Source: an uncultured bacterium (GTDB lineage: Bacteria > GCA-001730085). From it: a DNA stretch of 32,000 nucleotides. The position numbers and the translations under genes are program-made. Position 1 is the stretch's first letter. Every line of letters begins with the position of its first letter. Of the stretch, positions 16,340-24,784 are shown piece by piece. The notes beneath the pieces were generated by a model. That model was not told the origin of the DNA. It searched no databases and saw nothing but the letters and a program-made list of their open reading frames with translations. The stretch spans positions 56,381 to 88,380 of the forward strand of contig CAZMGY010000030.1 of NCBI GenBank assembly GCA_964565945.1. Direction: 5' to 3'.

Positions 16340-17212
16340 TTAATTTTCATATCCTTCAGACCACGACAGAGGCGTAAAGTCTAGTAAGTCATAAGCCTTT
16401 TGAGATTTTAAGTGAACATTACCTATACGAGGCAAGTTCTCGGGGTCGTCATGACGCGAGGCTTTTATCAAATATTGAGAATCAAACCCATAATGTTGCG
16501 CAATTTTTTCACCCATTTCATACAAACTAACAGCCCTTGGCCCACCCAAATGATACAACCCTTGAACTTTTAAGTTCAACAAATGATGTAAGCCGCGTGC
16601 TAAACACACCGTATTTATTCCCGATCTCAACTCATCGTGAAACAGTGTCATCGGTTTGTTTTGCCCCAGCCTCTTCGCAATCAAGTCCACCGCCCCCTTA
16701 TACCCCTGTAAAGAAGGCCCCATCGGCAACCCAATACGCACAATACCATAAGATGGGCGCTTCTGCACCAAGTCTTCCGCCATAAGATACGTTTTCCCAA
16801 TCACACTTATGGGATCTGGGCTAATATTTTCACAGTAGCCCTCATCGGGCTGTCCAACTCCTGAATAAACTAAATCTGCACTTATATAAAAAATATAAGC
16901 CGACGGTGCCGCATCTAAAATCATTTGAGTACCTAAAACGTTTCTCTCGTAAGCCCTATCAGGACACTTCTCTCCCAAGTCTAAATCGCACATTCCGGCC
17001 GCATGAACAATCATTGTGGGATCTATATCTTCAAGAATCTTGCAAAACGTATCAGGGTCACTCATAGAACAAGGGTAAACATAAGAGGCAGAAAAATAAC
17101 AGGCACTTTTGGGAGGCACAATCCCAATCACTTGGCCGGGATAGCTCTGTTCTAGCAGTTGAAACAGAGGCCAACCATGCATGGAAGAAATACCTGTTAT
17201 AATAATTTTCAT
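16340..17212 (-). CDS. RmlD-like (dTDP-4-dehydrorhamnose reductase fold) extended-SDR protein, catalytic triad apparently substituted
   Basis: 290-aa ORF whose ATG overlaps the stop of the GspK-like gene (ATGA at 17209-17212). MKIIITGISSMHG, IVHAAG, SADLVYSG, ISVIGKTYLMAE and GLYHLGG align to RfbD/RmlD as I recall it (GKTGQVG, VNAAA, STDYVF, NVYGKTKLAGE, GLYHL). Confidence 0.7.
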   Translation of the reverse strand: MKIIITGISSMHGWPLFQLLEQSYPGQVIGIVPPKSACYFSASYVYPCSMSDPDTFCKILEDIDPTMIVHAAGMCDLDLGEKCPDRAYERNVLGTQMILDAAPSAYIFYISADLVYSGVGQPDEGYCENISPDPISVIGKTYLMAEDLVQKRPSYGIVRIGLPMGPSLQGYKGAVDLIAKRLGQNKPMTLFHDELRSGINTVCLARGLHHLLNLKVQGLYHLGGPRAVSLYEMGEKIAQHYGFDSQYLIKASRHDDPENLPRIGNVHLKSQKAYDLLDFTPLSWSEGYEN

Positions 17213-19116
17213 AAACGCCTCACTTGTTGGGCTAACACTTTAGGAAAGGGTTTGCTCTTAAGTTTACTTTGATTGAAGTCCAAAGCCACCTCTACATCGG
17301 CATTCAACTGATAACCTGTATTGTTGTAAACACCTGTAACTTGAACATGAAAAAAGTGGCTTCTCACATCAATCAGATCATAAAGATTCCAAAAAACCTG
17401 ATCCACCTTCTCATTCGATAACTTTTGTTTAAGGGGCAAAATAATATCATAGATATTCTGAAACCCCTTAACATCCTTTTGATGAGAGAAATGTTGTTTA
17501 CGGTAGGCCACAATATGTTCCGCCAGGGGACGATCTATTCCAGGCAGAGACGCCAATACAAAGGCTGAAGATGTATTAATATTGATACGACCCGCCTGAC
17601 GATGTTTAAAAGTTTGATTCACCCCATCAATAACGTCAAAGTAATCGTCCTGATGATGCTCATCTACAAAAAACAGCTGCTTCAAGATAATTAAATCTTC
17701 AATTTCATTAGAATCTAACACACCATTCTGATTGGCATCCTGAACGTCACTGGCTTTTACTTTCAAAAAACTCCAAGGCCCATCGCCTTTGTAGACATAA
17801 GGCAAAAAACCAAGAGGAGACCTACCTAAAGAAAGGTCTTTGCGTCGCACAAACATTCGTTGTTGATCGGCAAACACACTTGCTTCTAAGGCTTGACCAT
17901 AGTTCTCATTAAGAGCTCCAGGGGAAAATCCTTGACTGTAATTATCAGCATGAGCCGATCGAGGATCATCCTTAATCAAACTTTGATCTAAATCGACATC
18001 CAAATTTAAATCAAACACACTCACAAGATTATCTTTCACAAGACTCACCACACCGCGATTGATTTCGAAGTTGGGCACCTCGTGGATCACATCAACATTC
18101 ACATGATCCAGAAACTGCAAGCGTTTGGTATGATCGGTGATTAAAAGAAAAGAACGCGCTGCCAAAATTAAACTTGGTAAGTTGACTGATTCTCTTCCCG
18201 AAGCTTTGGATTCCCACTCTAAGCGATAACCTTCTAATTTGATCTCTTCGGAGTAAGGGTTAAAAATTTCAACAAACTCTCCTCCATGACTATGGGCAAA
18301 ACTGTACATACGTGCCGGATTGACAAAATTCGCGGTATGATAGCGAACTTCGTTGATCAAAGGACGCACTTCATCTCCATACAAAGTCAAACCCACACCC
18401 ATACCGATTTGAAAAAGGGACTCATCGCCATCGACATAATCAATCAAGTTTGCCAAAACCTGATAGGCCTCATCCTCATTGTCGAACAGCTTGACAAATT
18501 CTCTTTCATGATGGATCGTGATCGACTTATCTTGCAAACTCCATACGTTCAATTTGGGCAATCCCTGATCGGTGTAGTTCACTCGAGAACTTACCCAAGT
18601 AACATTTTTATTCAACACATTGAGCCAAGTTGCTTTATTATTAGTCACAAAGCGTCCCCACTCTTGCCTTATTTGAAAAGGAATTGATAATGCCATCCTA
18701 CGGTCAAAAATTTCTTGCTCCCAAGTCACAGGTCTATCAAAATCACCTTTCTTACGCATATAATCAAAAACATCTTGTGCATAAAGCCCCCATGGCGCTT
18801 GATTTACATTCATATAACTCGCTAAATCATCCACACGAACATGAAAAAGCCCTTCCTTGTCCCATTCAAACCAATCCTGATCATGCGACACAAGAGACAT
18901 CGGTTCATTCTCGAAATGATCCTTTATTTTTGACAAGGCCAACGCCATCCCCGATTCGGCATTCATTTTAGCTTTCAATCGATCTTCAACGGGGTTCCCA
19001 TACTCCGTTTGCAACGAAACAAACCGCACAAAAGTAATCCCAACACTCAAAAGAACCAACAAAAGCCCTAACACAAGAATAAGAGCCACCCCACGTTGGC
19101 CGTGAATCATCTTCAT
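17209..19116 (-). CDS. gspK: GspK-like minor pseudopilin, double-sized, with lamin-tail-domain-like insert and EF-hand loop
   Basis: N-terminus GQRGVALILVLGLLLVLLSVG has no Glu at +5, as in GspK. The C-terminus GRININTSSAFVLASLPGIDRPLAEHIVAYRK is the GspK helix-hairpin-helix pattern. The middle (residues about 251-375) reads LINEV...GGEFVEIFNPYSEEIKLEGYRLE...LPSLILAARSFLLI, which looks like an LTD. DANQNGVLDSNE (17704-17739) fits the EF-hand loop. Confidence 0.7.
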   Translation of the reverse strand: MKMIHGQRGVALILVLGLLLVLLSVGITFVRFVSLQTEYGNPVEDRLKAKMNAESGMALALSKIKDHFENEPMSLVSHDQDWFEWDKEGLFHVRVDDLASYMNVNQAPWGLYAQDVFDYMRKKGDFDRPVTWEQEIFDRRMALSIPFQIRQEWGRFVTNNKATWLNVLNKNVTWVSSRVNYTDQGLPKLNVWSLQDKSITIHHEREFVKLFDNEDEAYQVLANLIDYVDGDESLFQIGMGVGLTLYGDEVRPLINEVRYHTANFVNPARMYSFAHSHGGEFVEIFNPYSEEIKLEGYRLEWESKASGRESVNLPSLILAARSFLLITDHTKRLQFLDHVNVDVIHEVPNFEINRGVVSLVKDNLVSVFDLNLDVDLDQSLIKDDPRSAHADNYSQGFSPGALNENYGQALEASVFADQQRMFVRRKDLSLGRSPLGFLPYVYKGDGPWSFLKVKASDVQDANQNGVLDSNEIEDLIILKQLFFVDEHHQDDYFDVIDGVNQTFKHRQAGRININTSSAFVLASLPGIDRPLAEHIVAYRKQHFSHQKDVKGFQNIYDIILPLKQKLSNEKVDQVFWNLYDLIDVRSHFFHVQVTGVYNNTGYQLNADVEVALDFNQSKLKSKPFPKVLAQQVRRL

Positions 19117-19736
19117 AAATTAGGCCCTTTCAACTTGTGCAAATAGCGCTGCTTCTCTTGCCCGTCAAAATAATCAATCACCAAAGCAATTTCATTCAAA
19201 GGTCCAGGGGGCAAACTTTTTAAACCGTTAAGCATTATTTGCATTTGTGTCACTTGGGCACCATTTCTTAGATGATCGGTTAGATTTGATCGATTAAGAT
19301 AATCGTAATTTCTAAGGTCTTGCTCTGTTGGTTGAAAATGGACAGGTCGCAATTGTCTCTCAACCCGTCCTTCGAACAAACGATATTCGACATAATACAA
19401 ACCATCATCCAAAGGATGGGCTTTCTCGGGATCTACGGTGCGTGAAATCAAAAAAGCCAATCGTTCATCGGGCGTCAAACGTATACGATCATAACCTGGC
19501 AAAAAAGTCTTATTGATTAAGGAAGCATCCAAGTCCTCGGATAATTCTTGAAACAGCCAAGCTTGTTGTTCGTAGATCAATTGGCGATCGATTTTTTGTG
19601 TCACGGCGCGGTGTGTTTGTAGGTATATGTTGTAAGCAAAATAAAACAACAAAACCACAATCAATGTGACAATAATCATTTCCATAAGAGTGAAAGCTCG
19701 TTTAGATATAGCTTTCAACGGTATAAACATGTTCAT
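19113..19736 (-). CDS. minor pseudopilin (GspJ-like by position and size)
   Basis: Class-III signal ...KAISKRA|FTLMEMIIVTLIVVLLFYFAY, with Ala rather than Gly at -1 and Glu at +5. The ORF-track start at 19751 is TTG. ATGs occur at 19736 and 19730. The stop overlaps the gspK-like ATG (19113-19116). Confidence 0.6.
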   Translation of the reverse strand: MNMFIPLKAISKRAFTLMEMIIVTLIVVLLFYFAYNIYLQTHRAVTQKIDRQLIYEQQAWLFQELSEDLDASLINKTFLPGYDRIRLTPDERLAFLISRTVDPEKAHPLDDGLYYVEYRLFEGRVERQLRPVHFQPTEQDLRNYDYLNRSNLTDHLRNGAQVTQMQIMLNGLKSLPPGPLNEIALVIDYFDGQEKQRYLHKLKGPNL

Positions 19737-20148
19737 AAGAAGCTCTATCAATAAGTTTAACCTTTAACACTAATTCTCCTTGAACATCCTCAAAGGCTGC
19801 CTCATAATCAATTGCCATCAAGGGCTTCTCTTTAAAACCAACATCTAAAGGATCTAACACAAATAGCCCCTCCTGAACTAAAGAGTTATCGATAGCATAG
19901 TGCGCATGCTGCTTCCAAAATTGATCGGTAAAATACTCTTTTCCTTCTCGCACATAGGCATCACGAATCCCATTCCTTAAAGACTGAGCTATCATTACAA
20001 GATATACATCCTTAGATGTTCTTTGCAAAGACATCACGCCCTGAGGAAATAAGGGGAAAACAGCCATAACCCCCACAAGAAAAACGGTCATCGCCACGGT
20101 CACTTCTAGCAATGTAAACCCTTTAGAGTCTCGAAACAAATATTTCAT
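19702..20148 (-). CDS. minor pseudopilin (GspI-like by position and size)
   Basis: MKYLFRDSKG|FTLLEVTVAMTVFLVGVMAVFPL is a canonical prepilin cleavage/methylation motif. The protein is 148 aa. Confidence 0.6.
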   Translation of the reverse strand: MKYLFRDSKGFTLLEVTVAMTVFLVGVMAVFPLFPQGVMSLQRTSKDVYLVMIAQSLRNGIRDAYVREGKEYFTDQFWKQHAHYAIDNSLVQEGLFVLDPLDVGFKEKPLMAIDYEAAFEDVQGELVLKVKLIDRASYEHVYTVESYI

Positions 20149-20151
20149 GCA

Positions 20152-20754
20152 TTAGTCCTGAAGTTCAATTCGATTATTTTTAGCATCGATCAAAATTGAA
20201 GAGGGTTCGCCTTCAATCAAAATAGGCACTTTATCAACAGTACCTTTCAAAGGAAATATAATACGCCCAGATATAGATTTAAACCGAACCGCAGGTAATA
20301 TGGTAGAAAAGTAACTCAACGAAACATCTTTAATATCCACTTTAATCCTTTGTGTTTTTTGCGCTTGGTCATTATCGATGAATAAGTCTTGCTGACTTCG
20401 AAACATGGCATCTTGTGGTAACAAAAGCCACTCGCTATCCAAGTGAAAGCGACCTTGCTTTTCTTTAACAATCGCTAAGGCTCGTCCAGGAAGTTGATCT
20501 CTTCTTTGAAAATAAGCCGTCGCTTTCACAAAACGATCGTCATGAGAAGGAACAAAAACAACATAGTGGTCCTGAGAGCTCGTCTGAGCTTGCTTCTGTG
20601 CCATGTACAAAATAGTTTTCACCCAATTAATGGCATCGCTACCTTGACGTTTCGATTTATAATCAAAAAAACGTGGCAAAATAAAGCTGGAAAAGAGCCC
20701 CATAAAAAAAATCACCAAAAGAACTTCAATAAGGCTAACACCTTTGCGACTCAT
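20152..20754 (-). CDS. minor pseudopilin (GspH/FimU-like by position and size)
   Basis: MSRKG|VSLIEVLLVIFFMGLFSSFILP, with Glu at +5. The protein is 200 aa. The ATG overlaps the TPR gene stop (ATGA at 20751-20754). Confidence 0.6.
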   Translation of the reverse strand: MSRKGVSLIEVLLVIFFMGLFSSFILPRFFDYKSKRQGSDAINWVKTILYMAQKQAQTSSQDHYVVFVPSHDDRFVKATAYFQRRDQLPGRALAIVKEKQGRFHLDSEWLLLPQDAMFRSQQDLFIDNDQAQKTQRIKVDIKDVSLSYFSTILPAVRFKSISGRIIFPLKGTVDKVPILIEGEPSSILIDAKNNRIELQD

Positions 20755-22670
20755 AGATCCCTTCCCTTTCTTTTTTGACGAAGAACACCCTTCATTTCCT
20801 TAGCAATCGCAGTATACTTGGGATTCTTCATACTTACAATCTCATTGTATACGGTTTGAGCAGCATCATATTGAACAAGCTTTTCAAAACAGCGTGCCAC
20901 CCCCAATTTAGTTTTAAAATACATATCTTCCGTTTTGAATCGCGACATACGGGTCTGAACATTAATATAAATATTCAAGGCTTCTGTCCACAAAGATTGG
21001 TGAAACAAAACATCCGCCAACGCCAACATTGATGAAATAATAATAGGCCCTTCATGACCATACATGCTTTGCTTAAAATATTCCTCTGCCCGCATCCAAT
21101 CTTTCATTCCTCCATAAGCTTGACCAAGCAAATAAGCCATGTTTTGTTTAAGAATTAAAACATCCTCATCAAAAATCAAGGGTTCTAAAGTGTCAATCAC
21201 CCGGAGATAACGACCCTGTTGAATATAAATATCCATTTTACTCAAAAGGGCCTCGCGAAATACTTCATTATGGGGCTCAATAAAATCCAAATACTCCAGA
21301 GCTTTATTGCGTAAACCCTCATTTAAATAGATATGCGCTAACTGGTAATGGGCATCTCCGACCAAATCACTTTCGGGATAATGTTCGATAATTTGACCCA
21401 AAGACCCTTTTTTCTTGTCGTAATCACCCTTAAGCGCATAATAGTCCGCAATCCATAAAAGAACATCAGCAATAAGAGGGTCTTGTGGATACAACTTGAT
21501 CATTTGATCAAAAACCTGTATCCCCTCCTTAATTTTACCAAGACGAATATAAGACCAAGCTTGATAATAATAGACCCGAGATGACTTGCGTGGAAAAAGA
21601 TCCGCCACTGTTTTAAAAAGCTGAATAGCCATTTTGTAATTCGCTAAATTGTAATAGCTTAAGCCAAAAAAAACATAGGCTTCGGCCGTTAAAGAATCTT
21701 TTTGCGAATAGTCCATCACCTCCCAAATGGCAATTGATTCGGCATACTGCTTTTCATAAAAAAAAGACAAGGCTTTTTGGTGATCAATATCTTTTCTCTC
21801 TTCCGCACTCAGTTCAAAGATGTCCTGATAAACGGCTAAAGCCTGTCTCGCCTGAGAATAATCCTGTAATTTCATATAAATCTGGACTTTTTCATACAAA
21901 GCTCTGCGATACCAAATAGACGTTTTATCCACACCCTTCGTCATCTTTTCTGTAATCAGGAGAGTTTCTCGAAAACGTAACATTCCCATCAAGGCCTTCA
22001 CCTTACCATACAAAACAGCTTGCTTTTGATCTTGATTTAAAGGCAAACGAAGGGCTTGATTCATCCGATCCAAGCATGCATCATACTGATCCATATGAAA
22101 ATAGCCTAAACCCGAATAATACAACGCCTGATACATTTGAAAGTCCCATTTTTCTTGAATTGATTGCGACTCTCCTTTGATTTTAGTAAGAAAAAGCTCG
22201 TAAGCCCCCACAGCACCAAGGTAATTCTTAAGCCGATACAGCGCATCACCTAAAACTTTGGCCGATTCCAAACCCCAAAAACTTTGATCGTGGTGCTTAA
22301 GCACATACTTCATATGACCCACTGTGTTGATATCGTATCCTAACAAATAGTAACTCCTCCCCATAATTACATGAATACGAGGGACAAGAGGTGAATCTGG
22401 GTAACTCTCTAACAAAATTCCACTGGTTTCAATCGCTAAGGGGTAATTTTGTTTTTGAAAATAACCATCGGCTAAGAAAAAAAGAACCGCCTCACGTTTA
22501 CGTTCTCCCAAAGAGTGGCTTAAAAAAAGCTGCCCTTGCTTAATAAGATCCTCGTATTTGCGGTCTTCGTAAAGCTGGCACACATCGGAAAATGATGCGA
22601 CGTTTTGCGCAGAAAGATTCGTTACAAAGCTCAATACCCCTAGTAAATTAATGGTAATAATACTTTTCAC
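20751..22670 (-). CDS. exported TPR-repeat protein
   Basis: 639-aa ORF with a GTG start at 22670 and GAGGGAG about 12 nt upstream. It has the signal peptide (M)KSIITINLLGVLSFVTNLSAQ. It also has many TPR-like units (Y..A...Y..G.Y..A...F) along its length. Confidence 0.75.
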   Translation of the reverse strand: MKSIITINLLGVLSFVTNLSAQNVASFSDVCQLYEDRKYEDLIKQGQLFLSHSLGERKREAVLFFLADGYFQKQNYPLAIETSGILLESYPDSPLVPRIHVIMGRSYYLLGYDINTVGHMKYVLKHHDQSFWGLESAKVLGDALYRLKNYLGAVGAYELFLTKIKGESQSIQEKWDFQMYQALYYSGLGYFHMDQYDACLDRMNQALRLPLNQDQKQAVLYGKVKALMGMLRFRETLLITEKMTKGVDKTSIWYRRALYEKVQIYMKLQDYSQARQALAVYQDIFELSAEERKDIDHQKALSFFYEKQYAESIAIWEVMDYSQKDSLTAEAYVFFGLSYYNLANYKMAIQLFKTVADLFPRKSSRVYYYQAWSYIRLGKIKEGIQVFDQMIKLYPQDPLIADVLLWIADYYALKGDYDKKKGSLGQIIEHYPESDLVGDAHYQLAHIYLNEGLRNKALEYLDFIEPHNEVFREALLSKMDIYIQQGRYLRVIDTLEPLIFDEDVLILKQNMAYLLGQAYGGMKDWMRAEEYFKQSMYGHEGPIIISSMLALADVLFHQSLWTEALNIYINVQTRMSRFKTEDMYFKTKLGVARCFEKLVQYDAAQTVYNEIVSMKNPKYTAIAKEMKGVLRQKRKGRDL

Positions 22671-22704
22671 GATACGTTTTTTGCTCCCTCTAAACGGCCT
22701 AGCC

Positions 22705-23514
22705 CTAAGCGCCTATCTTCACATGGGAAAAATGTTTTTGCAAAAGAACCGATGCGGATAAAGCCGCCAAATAACTGGTTTTAGGATTAGAAGGATCCAA
22801 ATTATTTTCGGTAAGCGCCACCATACGTCCCGCAGTACTGATCACTTCGACTTCGTGAGAGTTTTTAGTCCATTCTGGAGAGGTCAAAATACGTACCCGT
22901 GTTTGATCGGGTCCCAAACCCGCTAAACTCAATGTGGCAGCCACATTGATGTTTTTGGGGAAGGCTTTCACCGCTTCACGGGCCGTTCCTTCAAATACAC
23001 ACATCTCTTGTGTAACAGAATCCATATCAATCCCTTTGGATTCTAAATATGGCGCTCCTTTAAGCCCTTGAGGAGGTTTGCGTGTGGTTATCGTCACCGA
23101 GTGAATCTCTGCCATTTTAACGGCCGACAAAGCATCCAAACCTGCGATTGCACCAGAAGGGATATAAAGCCTTCCCTCAGATTGCTCAGCTAATTGACAA
23201 AGCTCGGGATCATCCAACAGACCTCCCACACTAACAATCATCACATCTTTAGCTTGCTCTAGCGCTTGACGAGCAATATCACAAGCCACTGTAGCTCCAG
23301 CGGCTTCAATTACAAAATCAACCTTGGGAATAAGTATCGCATAATCGGTGCAAATTTGAGCAGGTGCTTTTAAACTGTTAACTAAGGCTTCAGCTCGGTC
23401 GTAATGCTTATCACAAACAACATGTAAAGAGGCCTTGGCCAAGAGAATGGTCTCGATATCATTCGCTAACTTGCGACCAATCACACCACAACCAATCAAG
23501 CCAATCTGCGTCAA
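22705..23514 (-). CDS. nadX: L-aspartate dehydrogenase-family protein
   Basis: 269 aa. The N-terminal Rossmann motif [14 protein letters not shown], the overall length and the C-terminal pattern ([13 protein letters not shown]...[16 protein letters not shown]) are as in NadX/AspDH. The TTG start overlaps the panD stop (TTGA at 23511-23514). Confidence 0.7.
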   Translation of the reverse strand: MTQIGLIGCGVIGRKLANDIETILLAKASLHVVCDKHYDRAEALVNSLKAPAQICTDYAILIPKVDFVIEAAGATVACDIARQALEQAKDVMIVSVGGLLDDPELCQLAEQSEGRLYIPSGAIAGLDALSAVKMAEIHSVTITTRKPPQGLKGAPYLESKGIDMDSVTQEMCVFEGTAREAVKAFPKNINVAATLSLAGLGPDQTRVRILTSPEWTKNSHEVEVISTAGRMVALTENNLDPSNPKTSYLAALSASVLLQKHFSHVKIGA

Positions 23515-23873
23515 GACGCTTCCCCCTCTATCGGCTTGTTCTGTTCATTCACTTGAATAATTTGAGGTTGGTATCTCGTTAATTCCTCTTCGGAATAATG
23601 GGCATAGGTGATAATAATCACAAGATCACCAGATTGAGTCAATCGCGCCGCAGCGCCGTTAATGCATATGGTTCCAGAACCACATTCGCCGATAAGCGCA
23701 TATGTTTCAAAACGAACTCCGTTGTTCACATTAACAACTTGAACTTTTTCTCCAGGCAAAATATTAGCTAATTCCAAAAGGTTCTGATCAATCGTGATCG
23801 ACCCTTCATAATTCAAATTAGCATCGGTCACAGTCGCACGATGAATCTTCGATTTAAACATATCTCGGATCAT
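23511..23873 (-). CDS. panD: aspartate 1-decarboxylase
   Basis: The sequence [29 protein letters not shown] contains the GS self-cleavage site, and [10 protein letters not shown] is also present. 120 aa. Confidence 0.95.
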   Translation of the reverse strand: MIRDMFKSKIHRATVTDANLNYEGSITIDQNLLELANILPGEKVQVVNVNNGVRFETYALIGECGSGTICINGAAARLTQSGDLVIIITYAHYSEEELTRYQPQIIQVNEQNKPIEGEAS

Positions 23874-23877
23874 ATCA

Positions 23878-24726
23878 TTAGATTTCTTTCACATCTATGT
23901 GGTCAATCAAACGTACTAAACCTAAGCACACCGAAACAGCCACAATCACAGCATGTTCGACACAAGACACAGGCAGTAGTGTATTATAATCGACAACTTC
24001 CAAGTAGTCTATTGTTAAACCAGGAGCCTTGTCCAACATGGCACGTCCCTTAGAAAGCACCGCATCCGCCTGAGTTTCTCCCGCAAGAATATGTTGACGC
24101 ATCTCCACCAAGGCTTGGTAGATCATCCCAGCATTTTCTCGCTGCTCGGGACTTAAATAAGCATTGCGTGAACTCATCGCCAATCCATTAGGCTCCCGAA
24201 TCGTCGGACAAACCACCACATTGACGCCCATCCTTAAATCTTGAACCATCTGTTCAATAATCCGCAGCTGCTGAAAATCTTTTTCCCCGAAATACGCCCA
24301 TGTCGGCCGAACAAGATTAAAAAAAATACTCACCACAGTGCAAACCCCTCGGAAATGACCCGGACGGGAGGCCCCGCACAAATGCTGCGCCAAAGAAGGT
24401 ACTTCCACCCAAGTTTTAAAATCTTGAGGATACACCTCTTGAGCTTCAGGACAAAAAACAACATTCACACCCAAATCAGCTAATTTGTTCATATCATCCT
24501 CAAGCAAACGAGGATAAGCATCTAAATCCTCATCAACTCCAAATTGCGTTGGGTTTACAAAGAGACTGCCCACAGTCACATCTGCCTGAGACAACGACCT
24601 GCGCATAAGACTTAAATGACCTTCATGCAAAGCCCCCATCGTTGGCACAAAACCGACGCTTTGCCCCTGACCTCTCTTGGATTGGCTCCATAATTGAATA
24701 TCTTCAACTGATTCGATTATTTTCAT
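23878..24726 (-). CDS. panC: pantoate--beta-alanine ligase
   Basis: [18 protein letters not shown] (HIGH-type motif), FVNPTQFG and FGEKDFQQL. The ORF-track start at 24744 is TTG. I prefer ATG 24726 ([13 protein letters not shown]). Confidence 0.95.
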   Translation of the reverse strand: MKIIESVEDIQLWSQSKRGQGQSVGFVPTMGALHEGHLSLMRRSLSQADVTVGSLFVNPTQFGVDEDLDAYPRLLEDDMNKLADLGVNVVFCPEAQEVYPQDFKTWVEVPSLAQHLCGASRPGHFRGVCTVVSIFFNLVRPTWAYFGEKDFQQLRIIEQMVQDLRMGVNVVVCPTIREPNGLAMSSRNAYLSPEQRENAGMIYQALVEMRQHILAGETQADAVLSKGRAMLDKAPGLTIDYLEVVDYNTLLPVSCVEHAVIVAVSVCLGLVRLIDHIDVKEI

Positions 24727-24784
24727 AGAAATCCATTGTATCAAAAGTTACGCAAAATTGAAAAACAGGGAACGTTTGGCTATT

